From positions 87,569 through 151,568 of the forward strand of contig DDEQ01000043.1 of assembly GCA_002336105.1 (NCBI GenBank): 64,000 bases of DNA, in the 5' to 3' direction. This DNA is from Chthonomonas sp. UBA1950 (GTDB lineage Bacteria > Armatimonadota > Fimbriimonadia > Fimbriimonadales > Fimbriimonadaceae). The notes beneath the pieces are model-generated. The model did no database searches, had not been told where the DNA came from, and saw only the letters and a program-made list of their open reading frames with translations. The translations under genes were made by a program, and so were the position numbers. Numbering within the stretch: position 1 is the stretch's first letter; each line of letters starts with the position of its first letter. This document shows positions 31,978 through 41,026 of the stretch, piece after piece.

Positions 31978-32098
31978 AGTTATTCACAGCTTTTTCGAGT
32001 TATTCACATCTGTGTAAAACCCAGTTTGAACCTAAAATCTCCTCGTAAATATCGTAGGATTGCAGTTACGTAATTGCTATTCTTTCGAGTGTGGAAAA
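31978..32098. promoter_or_regulatory. cluster of four DnaA-box consensus sites (TTWTNCACA)
   Basis: TTATTCACA at 31980-31988 and 32000-32008 (+), inside an 11-nt direct repeat AGTTATTCACA spaced 20 bp. TTTTACACA at 32011-32019 (-). TTTTCCACA at 32090-32098 (-). Confidence 0.5.
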
Positions 32099-32173
32099 CG
32101 TCGAAGCAAACTATATGGCCCTGTAGATAAATCTTGGTGCAAGATAGCTTGTTAATCCCCATTAGAAAGACCC

Positions 32174-34303
32174 GTGACCCTAGAAGGACTCGTCTCAAAG
32201 AGTATCACCATGCCGCGAACAGGCTCGACCTCAGACGCAATCACGCGCTTGAAGGTGCTTGGTTCATGGTGCCTCGATGTAAGAGCAAATGAGGTGATCT
32301 ATGATAATCACCTCGCGACATTTTTAGGAATTACACCTGGCCGACATCCAGCCGAATCTCGCAGGTTTTTGGATCTTGTTGAAGCTACCGAACGAGAGAG
32401 GGTCGATCTGGAACATAAATCGGCCGCAAGCTCTTTTGGTACTTTCGAAAGTTGTTATCATTTGACTCTGCCTACCGGAGATGTCCTGTGTGTTTGCGAG
32501 TTGATCACAAGCACCGGGCACGATGCAACTGATTTCGTCAGTGGCACGATTATCGACTTAAGCAGTGTTCAGTTCAGTTCTCAGCAATTTAGTCAACTTG
32601 AGCAAACAATTCGAAGCGCCAACCTAGGCACCTGGTTTTACTCGACGGTAACCAGTGAAGTAGCTTTTTCGAGCCCGTTCGCAACCTTGCTTGGTTACGA
32701 CGAGGACCAATCACCGACATCTCAAGAAGACCTACTCCGTATCGCACACCCTGATTCTTGGGAGACGATACGCCAGCATCTTTCACTCGCTACATCAACT
32801 ACGGAGATCAACATTATTCTCCGGTTCGTATGTAGAGAAGGTGGAACGCGATGGATTCGTCTAATCGGATCAAAGCGGTCATCCACGCAATGCGAGGGAA
32901 TATTCGAAGACATTACGGATTCCAAGCTCGTCGAGATTTCTCGGCAAACCGAACTATCTAGTTACCAAACAGTGTGCGAGAGTGCGTTTGACACTTTCTA
33001 TATCATGAAGGCCGTCCGTGGGTCTCAAGGAGAGGTTCTCGACTTCGTCTTCCAGGGATTGAACGAGAAAGCGGCAAGAACCATTGGTATTGACCGGGAA
33101 AAAGCAGTTGGAACAAGACTTTCTCAGGTCGCGCCGTCCTCGCGAACAGACGGAACATTTGACAACTTTTTCAACGCCATGAAATCGCAGATTCCTATTC
33201 AGGACGACATCGTGCTGAGTAACTTTGCTATGTTTGCTGTCCACCTGAAGCGAACCATATTCCCACTTCCAGATGGTGTAGCTGTTGGCACAACCGATAT
33301 CACTTCGCAATCTGGGGCTCAGCGAGCTTTGGCGCAGAGCGAGCGTTTTGTTCAGCGAATGGCTTCGGCAATTCCAGACATCCTTTTTGTTTGGGACATT
33401 CCGAGTAAGAGCCACACCTATCGCAACCGAGACTTCTTCACTGAGCTTGGATACTCACGTTCAGATAGAATGCGCTTTGGTGAGCAGTGGCTGAAAGCCG
33501 TCCTGCATCCTGACGATTATGAGTCCTTGGATTCTTTGGAAAAAATCTCTCTGTCGATGGATGATGAGGAGGTCGCAGAGACAGAACTTCGATTCCTCGG
33601 GGCTGACGGACAATATAGGACATTCAGGACACGTTGCACCGTCTTCGTTCGTTCTGGGAATGGGGTGCCTGTCCAAGCACTGGGAACTCTGCAAGACGTA
33701 ACCGAACAAAGAGCCTATCAGGATCAACTTGAGACGCAAATGCAACGTCTTGAAGTTGCCCAATCACAACTCGAATCGCGTCAGCGGGACCTAGAGTTGC
33801 TCAACCAGCGACTCGGCACCTTGGCAACGACAGATAGCTTGACGGGTCTGAAAAACTACCGAGCATTCCAAGAGCGACTCGCCGAGGAAGTTGACCGAGC
33901 AAGACGGTACGGAACGCCGCTTGCACTCATCTTGACCGACGTAGATCACTTCAAGAACTACAACGACACTTATGGGCATCCTGCCGGAGACCAGATGCTT
34001 CGGACCTTTGCGCAGGTTCTTGCTGGAGCAAGCCGAGCAAGTGATGTTGTTGTTCGTTATGGTGGCGAGGAATTCGGCCTAATCTTGCCCAATACAACTG
34101 CGTCAGATGCAAAATCACTTGCCGAACGAATTCGAAAAGCTTTGAAAGAGGCTGAATCTGACGGGCATAAGATTACGGCTAGCTTCGGCTGCGCTGAACT
34201 AAAATCAGGCGCGACTGGCCAGAGCCAACTCATTTCGGATGCAGATAGAGCTCTCTATCGAGCGAAGAAGGACGGACGCGACCAAGTTGTTTGTTCCGAA
34301 TAA
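32174..34303 (+). CDS. multi-PAS sensor diguanylate cyclase (GGDEF)
   Basis: PAS/PAC-like repeats, coiled coil, then TDSLTGLKNYRAF ... RYGGEEFGLIL ... DRALYRAKKDGRD. GTG 32174 (alternative ATG 32210). Confidence 0.88.
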   Translation: MTLEGLVSKSITMPRTGSTSDAITRLKVLGSWCLDVRANEVIYDNHLATFLGITPGRHPAESRRFLDLVEATERERVDLEHKSAASSFGTFESCYHLTLPTGDVLCVCELITSTGHDATDFVSGTIIDLSSVQFSSQQFSQLEQTIRSANLGTWFYSTVTSEVAFSSPFATLLGYDEDQSPTSQEDLLRIAHPDSWETIRQHLSLATSTTEINIILRFVCREGGTRWIRLIGSKRSSTQCEGIFEDITDSKLVEISRQTELSSYQTVCESAFDTFYIMKAVRGSQGEVLDFVFQGLNEKAARTIGIDREKAVGTRLSQVAPSSRTDGTFDNFFNAMKSQIPIQDDIVLSNFAMFAVHLKRTIFPLPDGVAVGTTDITSQSGAQRALAQSERFVQRMASAIPDILFVWDIPSKSHTYRNRDFFTELGYSRSDRMRFGEQWLKAVLHPDDYESLDSLEKISLSMDDEEVAETELRFLGADGQYRTFRTRCTVFVRSGNGVPVQALGTLQDVTEQRAYQDQLETQMQRLEVAQSQLESRQRDLELLNQRLGTLATTDSLTGLKNYRAFQERLAEEVDRARRYGTPLALILTDVDHFKNYNDTYGHPAGDQMLRTFAQVLAGASRASDVVVRYGGEEFGLILPNTTASDAKSLAERIRKALKEAESDGHKITASFGCAELKSGATGQSQLISDADRALYRAKKDGRDQVVCSE

Positions 34304-34464
34304 CGAAACGTATTGAACGTTCGTTTCGGAGCTTCATAGTCATCTACAATCACTTTTTAGCAGCGTCATTTTGCCCCTTTCGAGTTTTTTAACCCGTTCG
34401 GTTCGCCTAGTTGGCAATACTAATAGTCCGGGTGCATTAAATATCCACCTAGCAAAGGAAACCA

Positions 34465-35511
34465 ATGGCTGTCTGGAAAGGACTTATCAACCGATTCGGC
34501 GATCGCATGTCAATCTCGCGCGACGTCGATCCTATCTCTCTGTATGAGGGGAACACCCCACTCATTCCTTTGCCAAGACTTGCAAAAGAGATCGCTCCTG
34601 GTGCTGAACTCTACGCCAAATATGAGGGACTCAACCCAACCGGGTCGTTCAAAGATCGCGGAATGACGACGGCAATCACTCAAGCCGTCGCCGAAGGGGC
34701 GCAGGCGGTCATTTGTGCTTCTACTGGAAACACTGCCGCGAGTGCCGCAGCATATGCCGCTCGTGCAGGACTACGCTGCATTGTCCTAATCCCTGAGGGC
34801 AAGGTGGCTCTTGGCAAGCTCGCAGGTGCAGTCGCCTACGGCGCGGAGGTTGTGCAGATCACAGGTTCGTTTGATGACGGACTAAATATGGTGCGCGAAG
34901 TCGCGGAGAAAACTCCCATCGCGCTTGTCAACTCTGTCAATCCGGCGAGGCTAGAAGGACAAAAGACGGCCGCATGGGAAGTCGTCGAGCAGCTAGGCCA
35001 AGTCCCTAACTGGCTCTGCCTCCCAGTCGGAAACGCGGGAAACATCAGCGCTTACTGGCTTGGTTTCACGCAGGCTGACGGACCAAAGCCCCAACTTCTT
35101 GGCGCTCAAGCCGCTGGAGCGGCCCCAATCGTCACTGGCAAGGTGGTGACGAATCCTGAAACAATGGCGACGGCCATCAGAATCGGAAACCCAGCGCGAT
35201 GGAAACAAGCCGAAGCCGCACTCGCAGAATCGAACGGGCACATTCTGTCAGTGACAGACGAGGAAATTTTCGCTGCCTATCGGATGGTCGCTCAGCTCGA
35301 CGGCGTGTTTTGTGAGCCATCATCGGCTGCCGGTTTAGCTGGTTTGAAGAAGTCAGTCGCGGCAGGAACCCTTGATCCAAAGGGCAAGAAGTTTGTTGCG
35401 GTCCTGACCGGGCACGGTTTGAAGGACCCCGATTCGGCTACTTTAGGTTTCGCTGAAGTCAAACCCATCGAACCTAACTTTGATGCACTTATGGAGAGAC
35501 TCAGCAAATGA
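34465..35511 (+). CDS. thrC: threonine synthase
   Basis: EGLNPTGSFKDRGMT (PLP lysine), ASTGNTAAS, LTGHGLKD. Confidence 0.93.
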   Translation: MAVWKGLINRFGDRMSISRDVDPISLYEGNTPLIPLPRLAKEIAPGAELYAKYEGLNPTGSFKDRGMTTAITQAVAEGAQAVICASTGNTAASAAAYAARAGLRCIVLIPEGKVALGKLAGAVAYGAEVVQITGSFDDGLNMVREVAEKTPIALVNSVNPARLEGQKTAAWEVVEQLGQVPNWLCLPVGNAGNISAYWLGFTQADGPKPQLLGAQAAGAAPIVTGKVVTNPETMATAIRIGNPARWKQAEAALAESNGHILSVTDEEIFAAYRMVAQLDGVFCEPSSAAGLAGLKKSVAAGTLDPKGKKFVAVLTGHGLKDPDSATLGFAEVKPIEPNFDALMERLSK

Positions 35512-36434
35512 TTCGCGTAAGAATTCCGGCGACGACAGCTAACCTTGGCCCTGGCTTTGACTGCATGGGCCTTGCGCTTGACCTTTGGAATGACTTTGAA
35601 CTACACCCCATCGAGTCTGGTTTTGAAGTAGAAACCCACGGCGAAGGATCCCAAACGTTATCGAAAGACGCCTCAAACTTGGTTGTCAGCACGCTCCTTG
35701 ACGAGCTCAAAAGCCTTGGAACTCGAGCCCCATCTGGATTTCGTGTGCTGTGCCATAACACCATTCCAGCGGCAAGCGGACTTGGATCAAGCTCGACCGC
35801 GACCTTAGCAGGGCTCCTCTTTGCTCACGCCATCCATCTGAGTCAATGCGAACAAGACCCCGCGGAGATTGACCGTGAGCAGGTGCTGAAGAGAGCGGTT
35901 GAAATCGAGGGACACGGCGACAACGTCGCGCCTGCTCTTCTTGGCGGCTTTGTGATCGTCGTTCCAGATAAAGACGGCGTACTCACACAACGAATTCCCT
36001 ATGTGCCGATCAAGACTGTGGTCTGCGTCCCAGATTACGCATATCTCACAACTCAGGCGCGCGCCGCGCTCCCCGCAACTTACAGTAAATCTGACGCTAT
36101 CTTCAACATTGGCCGAGCGATGCTAGTTGCCGAAGCTCTGAGGACTGGGGATGACGCAATGTTGGCGCAAAGCATGAATGACCGTATTCACGAGCCGTAT
36201 CGCTTCCCTGCCGTACCCGGCGCGATTGACGCTCGTGAGCGTGCGCTAGGCGCAGGGGCGGTTTGTGTGGCACTAAGTGGCGCTGGTCCTGGTGTCATCG
36301 CTTTTGCGCGGGAAGGATACGACCGAATCGGTCGATCCATGAACTCGGCATTTGCCGAGGCAGGATTACATTCCCGATACTGGATCCTAGATGCAACTGA
36401 TCAAGGTGTCCACATAGGTCGAATGCCTGTGTAA
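35508..36434 (+). CDS. thrB: homoserine kinase
   Basis: ATGA overlap with thrC. PATTANLGPGFD, GHMP motif IPAASGLGSSS. Confidence 0.93.
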   Translation: MIRVRIPATTANLGPGFDCMGLALDLWNDFELHPIESGFEVETHGEGSQTLSKDASNLVVSTLLDELKSLGTRAPSGFRVLCHNTIPAASGLGSSSTATLAGLLFAHAIHLSQCEQDPAEIDREQVLKRAVEIEGHGDNVAPALLGGFVIVVPDKDGVLTQRIPYVPIKTVVCVPDYAYLTTQARAALPATYSKSDAIFNIGRAMLVAEALRTGDDAMLAQSMNDRIHEPYRFPAVPGAIDARERALGAGAVCVALSGAGPGVIAFAREGYDRIGRSMNSAFAEAGLHSRYWILDATDQGVHIGRMPV

Positions 36435-36459
36435 CCGCAGATTTTCTGCCATAATAAAA

Positions 36460-36685
36460 GTACGACGGGAAGTGCGGAGATGCACTACCTGACCTCGTAG
36501 AACATTTTACGAGGGGCGCCAATGATTGGCGAACATCGTCGTCTGGGCCAGCTGGCCCTGCGACCGTACGGGATGTACGGTACCCTACTAGTTAGGATCA
36601 GAGCTGACCAATCGCTGTCGGACGCGAAGTTGTCGTCCGCCCGACTGCACGGGGCAAGTGCCCAAACCTCAAAGGAGGTCAACCC
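36460..36685 (+). ncRNA. candidate structured RNA / 5' leader, class unknown
   Basis: At least six local hairpins: 36493-36514, 36517-36531, 36545-36558, 36564-36580, 36619-36639, 36647-36661. In addition, TGACCTC (36489-36495) is complementary to GAGGTCA (36675-36681), which covers the SD of the downstream ORF. Confidence 0.25.
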
Positions 36686-36874
36686 ATGATCGTAGGAACA
36701 CTTCAAAGATCGTTATTCGCTCTTCCGCTTCGCGCTATGCGAGTGCTGAAGAAATCGACGTTCGCGAAAGTTTCATCGCCAATCGAAGCGAAAACTGAGT
36801 CTAATATGCTCAATTCGTTCGAGAAGATGATGAATCACCACACTTATCTCATGATGAGACAGCTTGGTGACTAA
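36686..36874 (+). CDS. small hypothetical protein (62 aa)
   Basis: ATG preceded by a near-perfect SD, AAAGGAGG, with 7-nt spacing. No homology recognised. Confidence 0.3.
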   Translation: MIVGTLQRSLFALPLRAMRVLKKSTFAKVSSPIEAKTESNMLNSFEKMMNHHTYLMMRQLGD

Positions 36875-36880
36875 TCATCG

Positions 36881-37687
36881 TTAGTCGTCGGCGGCCAATA
36901 TGGCCGCCGATACTTCCCTTGCTTCAACCGCTTCTTTCACATCGTGGACGCGAATCATTTGCGCACCTGCTTGATGCGCCCAGCATTGCGTCGCGATAGT
37001 TCCAATTACTCTATCTTCTGGAGCGTTTCGTCCGGTTATTCTTCCGAGAAAACCTTTGCGACTGGTCCCCATGAGAACAGGATAACCAGTCTCTACAAAG
37101 CGTTGAGTCCCTCTCAAAAGGCTTAGGTTGTGAGCATCTGTTTTGCCAAACCCAATGCCCGGATCGATCCAAATTAGGTCTTTAGACACACCGGCTTCAA
37201 CGGCTTTACCTACTCTTAACAATAGGTAATCCAGCACTTCTTGAACGACATTTTCATAGGTTGGCGAGTCCTGCATACTCTTCGGATCACCTTTCATGTG
37301 CATCAAACAAAGAGCCGATTTTGCCTCAGCGGCGACCGCGAACATATCAGGATCACTACCCCCTGAAATGTCGTTGATCATCCAAGCGCCTAGTTCGCAA
37401 CAGTGCCGCGCTACGGATGCGTTCCTCGTATCTACAGACACTTTCGCGCCTCGTTGAACGAGCGCCTCAACAACGGGAAACACACGCTTCGATTCCTCTC
37501 TTACCGAAACTGGTTCAGCACCCGGACGGGTTGATTCTCCGCCAACATCGAGCACATCAGCGCCTTCGCCTAGCAGACGAATACCGTGCTCAATCGCCTG
37601 ATCAGTGGAAAAAAACTTACCCCCGTCGCTGAACGAGTCGGGGGTAACGTTGACGATGCCCATGATGAGCGGGCGTCGCATACTCAA
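36881..37687 (-). CDS. folP: dihydropteroate synthase
   Basis: IMGIVNVTPDSFSDGG, DVGGESTRPG, SVDT, INDISGG, DPGIGFGK. Confidence 0.94.
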   Translation of the reverse strand: MSMRRPLIMGIVNVTPDSFSDGGKFFSTDQAIEHGIRLLGEGADVLDVGGESTRPGAEPVSVREESKRVFPVVEALVQRGAKVSVDTRNASVARHCCELGAWMINDISGGSDPDMFAVAAEAKSALCLMHMKGDPKSMQDSPTYENVVQEVLDYLLLRVGKAVEAGVSKDLIWIDPGIGFGKTDAHNLSLLRGTQRFVETGYPVLMGTSRKGFLGRITGRNAPEDRVIGTIATQCWAHQAGAQMIRVHDVKEAVEAREVSAAILAADD

Positions 37688-38703
37688 TATTTGACCGTTT
37701 TGAGAGCGGCCTGAACAATCTTCTCCACCGAAGGAAGAACAAAGAGTTCAAGCGGCTTCACCCATGGCACTGGCGTATCCAAACGGGTGATTCTAACCGG
37801 CGGAGCATCAAGGAGATCAAATGCTTTTGTGCTGATCCTTGAAACAATCTCACCGGCAAACCCGCATGTCATCGGAGCCTCGTTGACTACAATGACCCGA
37901 TTAGTCTTCGCGACGGAGTTGAAGATTGTCTCTTCGTCGAGCGGTACAAGTGTTCGAATGTCGATCACCTCAGCACTAACGCCGAGCTTCTCAAGCTCGT
38001 CGGCAGCCTGAATACAGTGGTATACGTTCTGTCCGTAACTCACCAAAGTGATGTCTTTACCCGCCTTCCGAATCGCAGCTTTTCCAAACGGAACGGTGTA
38101 ATCCTCGTCTGGCAAGACCTCGGCGATATCGTTTCGACGGTAAAGCTCCTTGATCTCGTAACTGATGACTGGGTTGCCGTCTCGCAATGCAGTTTTAAGC
38201 AGTCCCTTCGCATCGGATGGAGTTGAGGCGCAAATCACCTTCAAGCCAGGTGAGTTGCAAAACCAAGATTCGTTCATTTGACTGTGGTACAAAGCTCCGC
38301 CGCCATACGCTCCGGCAGGACCTCGAACCACGACCGGGATGTTGACTTCCCCGGCAGTTCGATAGTGATATGTCGCCATCATGTTGACGATCTGATCGAA
38401 GCCACACGAGATGAAATCGATGAATTGCATCTCGGCCATCACCGTCTTACCGTTGAGAGCCATGCCAACAGCTGAGCCAACGATACAAGCCTCAGAAATC
38501 GGCATGTCGATGACGCGCTGAGCTCCATATTGAGCCTGGAGCCCTTCGGTTACCCCGAAAGCGCCACCCAAGATGCCGATGTCTTCCCCCTGACAAATCA
38601 TGTGCGGGTTCAGCGACATCTCTTCGAAAAGAGCCTCTTTGAGCGCAGTTAGGTAATTCTTCTTAACTCCAACCTGAGCTGGGACGTCTACAGTAGCACT
38701 CAT
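37684..38703 (-). CDS. 2-oxoacid (pyruvate/branched-chain) dehydrogenase E1 beta subunit
   Basis: ORF to 38760. ATG 38703 (MSATVD...) with RBS and ATGA overlap onto E1 alpha. GEDIGILGGAFGVTEGL, DMPISE, transketolase-like C-terminus. Confidence 0.88.
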   Translation of the reverse strand: MSATVDVPAQVGVKKNYLTALKEALFEEMSLNPHMICQGEDIGILGGAFGVTEGLQAQYGAQRVIDMPISEACIVGSAVGMALNGKTVMAEMQFIDFISCGFDQIVNMMATYHYRTAGEVNIPVVVRGPAGAYGGGALYHSQMNESWFCNSPGLKVICASTPSDAKGLLKTALRDGNPVISYEIKELYRRNDIAEVLPDEDYTVPFGKAAIRKAGKDITLVSYGQNVYHCIQAADELEKLGVSAEVIDIRTLVPLDEETIFNSVAKTNRVIVVNEAPMTCGFAGEIVSRISTKAFDLLDAPPVRITRLDTPVPWVKPLELFVLPSVEKIVQAALKTVKY

Positions 38704-39839
38704 CGACCACCCTCCTTGAACACCCACATGCCACCCTCTTCTGCCTCTGGGACGGGACATGTCAGTGCGTAATCAATTCCTTTCGAAAGGTAGGCAACGA
38801 CTTCTGGTGGGAAGTCTTCGTTGCCAACTTCGCCAGCACCTTTGTTTTCGGCGATGTACAGCTTTGCATCCTCCGGGCTGATGTAGCCTTTCTCCAGAAG
38901 ATATTGACGATAGACACCAATCGGATCTCGTTCGCGCCCCTTCAATATCTCTGCTTCTGGTCGATACTTCGCGGCACGATCGTCGTCGTGGTCGCCATGG
39001 CCATAAGCTCTAAAAGTCTTACACTCAACGATGCTTGGACCATTTCCAGCTCGCGAGTGGTTGACCGCCATCATGACCTTATCGTAAACATCCAACACAT
39101 CTTGGCCATCTGCAACAAGACCCATAATGCCATAGCCGTCCGCACGCCGGGCAAAATCTTCTTGTGAGTACTCCATGTGGGTCGGTGTTCCGTAAGCCCA
39201 GTGGTTGTTTTCGATAATCGTCACGACAGGCAGTTTATGAACCGCAGCAAAGTTGATCGCTTCATGGAAAATGCCTTGGGCTGTTGAGCCTTCGCCATTC
39301 AACGTCATTGCGATCACGTCGCCGCCGTTCAAACGGTCTGCATAAACAACTCCTGCTGCTGCTGGAATTGTTCCTGACAGCATTGAAGTCGAGTGAATGA
39401 TATGCTTAGACTTACTTCCGATGTGCGACCAGTTATCGCGAGCTCGACCGGGTGATCCAGCTTTGCCCCAAACCTGGGCGCAAAGCTCTTCGATACTCAT
39501 ACCCATACGGGCAGGGTCATCCCACTTGAACTTGATATCTTTCAAGAAGAATGCCGGCATGTCGCGATGGATCGGTGAGATCCAGTCATCGGGTCTTAAG
39601 CCATAAAGGCATCCAACCAAGACAGCTTCTTGGTTGTGCGAAGAATACAGGGTGCCGCGTAATCGGCCCCGCTTCTTCTCTTTAATCAGTCGCACGTCAA
39701 AGTAACGTGCGAGAAACAACAATTTGAAGATCTCTAGATGATCTTCTTTCGTCAACAAATCTCGGGGTCGGATTGTCTGGTTGTGCTCTTTCGGGTCGTC
39801 TGTTCGTTCAGGCGCCGCCGTGCCAGATTGGGATCTCAA
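38700..39839 (-). CDS. TPP-dependent 2-oxoacid dehydrogenase E1 alpha subunit
   Basis: GEGSTAQGIFHEAINFAAVHKLPVVTIIENNHWAYGT (TPP-binding motif), RAYGHGDHDD. TTG start. Confidence 0.85.
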   Translation of the reverse strand: MRSQSGTAAPERTDDPKEHNQTIRPRDLLTKEDHLEIFKLLFLARYFDVRLIKEKKRGRLRGTLYSSHNQEAVLVGCLYGLRPDDWISPIHRDMPAFFLKDIKFKWDDPARMGMSIEELCAQVWGKAGSPGRARDNWSHIGSKSKHIIHSTSMLSGTIPAAAGVVYADRLNGGDVIAMTLNGEGSTAQGIFHEAINFAAVHKLPVVTIIENNHWAYGTPTHMEYSQEDFARRADGYGIMGLVADGQDVLDVYDKVMMAVNHSRAGNGPSIVECKTFRAYGHGDHDDDRAAKYRPEAEILKGRERDPIGVYRQYLLEKGYISPEDAKLYIAENKGAGEVGNEDFPPEVVAYLSKGIDYALTCPVPEAEEGGMWVFKEGGR

Positions 39840-40020
39840 AGGGAAAAGTCTCCTTGCGGAAATGAGTTGCTAGGTTACCCTACGTCAGAGGAACAGGTTT
39901 TGGTAGCAGGTTTCGCTTTAAATGTTATTGTTGCAATTGTTGTCGGCACTATTACGGCAGAAATACACGTATAGCGGGTGATCAAGCAGATTTGCCTGCG
40001 ATCAGATCGGAAGTGAAGAT

Positions 40021-40962
40021 ATGTTGATGTTGACCGCTCTTAATATAGCAATCGCCCTCGGTGGGTCTTCTTCATTGGCTCAGGAACCTGCCTACGACTT
40101 CCAAGTGGCTATTCCCCAGTTCACCCAAGTAGCTGACACCACGAGCCTCACCGCTGGACACGGTTACTACCCCTTCGACAGCGTCGCAGTTTCCGGCGTT
40201 TCAGACAAAAAGGTGTCAGTCCAGTTTAACAATGCAAAGATCGCCGATGTTATGAAGTGGCTCGGCAAACAAGGCGTGGACTTCGTATTCACGACTAAAG
40301 AATTCAACAATCAGTCGATTTCTCTCAATGCAGTCAATCGACCACTCGACGAAGTGGTTGATTCGATTGGAATTGCGCTTGGCGGATCTTGGAAGAGACA
40401 CGGCGGCACAAGAATCTTTACTAAAGACGTTTTCAGCCAACAGTTCTTTGGCTCCTCGAATGATGCGGCTAGAGTTTTTGGAGTTCCGGGACAATCATTC
40501 CAGTTCAACGACAAGGTAATGGGTCAGATGCTGGATGAAAAAAAGATGAAGCAGTGGGCAGAGAAGCTTCAGAAAGAAGCTGAGAGCATGCAGTTCAACA
40601 GCAAGATAAATAAGCTGGACGCTGAGAAAATGGCCAAGGAACTTCAGGAAGGTCCATTAAAGGACCTTATGAAGAATCTTGGAGAAATGCGGGCGCAAGA
40701 CGGATTCACCCAAGAAAATAAGAGCCGGTTTCGTTCCATGCCGTCATTTGGTCTAGAAAAGCCACTAACCCTCGATACGTCGAAGATGTCAGAGTTCGCA
40801 AAATCCTTAACTAAGGAACAGAAGGCTCTGATGAAGTCGCAGGGATTCTTACAGCCCAAAGACTTGACCGACGCTCAGAAGAAGCTGATCCAACTTCCCA
40901 GCTCAGGCAGTTTTCAGATTCGCTTCAAGACAGACGACTTCGATCTTGTCATCAAGAGCTAG
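40021..40962 (+). CDS. hypothetical secreted protein (possible STN-like N-domain, Lys-rich C-terminus)
   Basis: Signal peptide ...SSSLAQEP. VSVQFNNAKIADVMKWLGKQGVDFVF resembles secretin/TonB short N-terminal domains. Weak call. Confidence 0.45.
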   Translation: MLMLTALNIAIALGGSSSLAQEPAYDFQVAIPQFTQVADTTSLTAGHGYYPFDSVAVSGVSDKKVSVQFNNAKIADVMKWLGKQGVDFVFTTKEFNNQSISLNAVNRPLDEVVDSIGIALGGSWKRHGGTRIFTKDVFSQQFFGSSNDAARVFGVPGQSFQFNDKVMGQMLDEKKMKQWAEKLQKEAESMQFNSKINKLDAEKMAKELQEGPLKDLMKNLGEMRAQDGFTQENKSRFRSMPSFGLEKPLTLDTSKMSEFAKSLTKEQKALMKSQGFLQPKDLTDAQKKLIQLPSSGSFQIRFKTDDFDLVIKS

Positions 40963-40975
40963 ATCGGGTTCTTCA

Positions 40976-41010
40976 GAATTACTGGAGAAAGAACCTTTCT
41001 CCAGTAATTC
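40976..41010. terminator. bidirectional hairpin terminator
   Basis: Perfect 16-bp stem gaattactggagaaag / ctttctccagtaattc with a 3-nt loop, between convergent genes. Confidence 0.65.
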
Positions 41011-41026
41011 AATGCGTGACGCCTTA

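Noticed and set aside
36460-36685. Assigning the structured region to a known RNA family (SRP/4.5S, 6S, tmRNA, RNase P, TPP, cobalamin, ZTP)
   Set aside because: The conserved cores I know are absent or only loosely resembled: GGAA-tetraloop SRP motif, GAGGAAAGUCC, CUGAGA/ACCUGAUC, GCCACUG, GGGUCGUGACUGGCG...CCGCCUGGGC. The nearest resemblance is AUUGGCGAAC. I cannot support a family call without a covariance-model scan.
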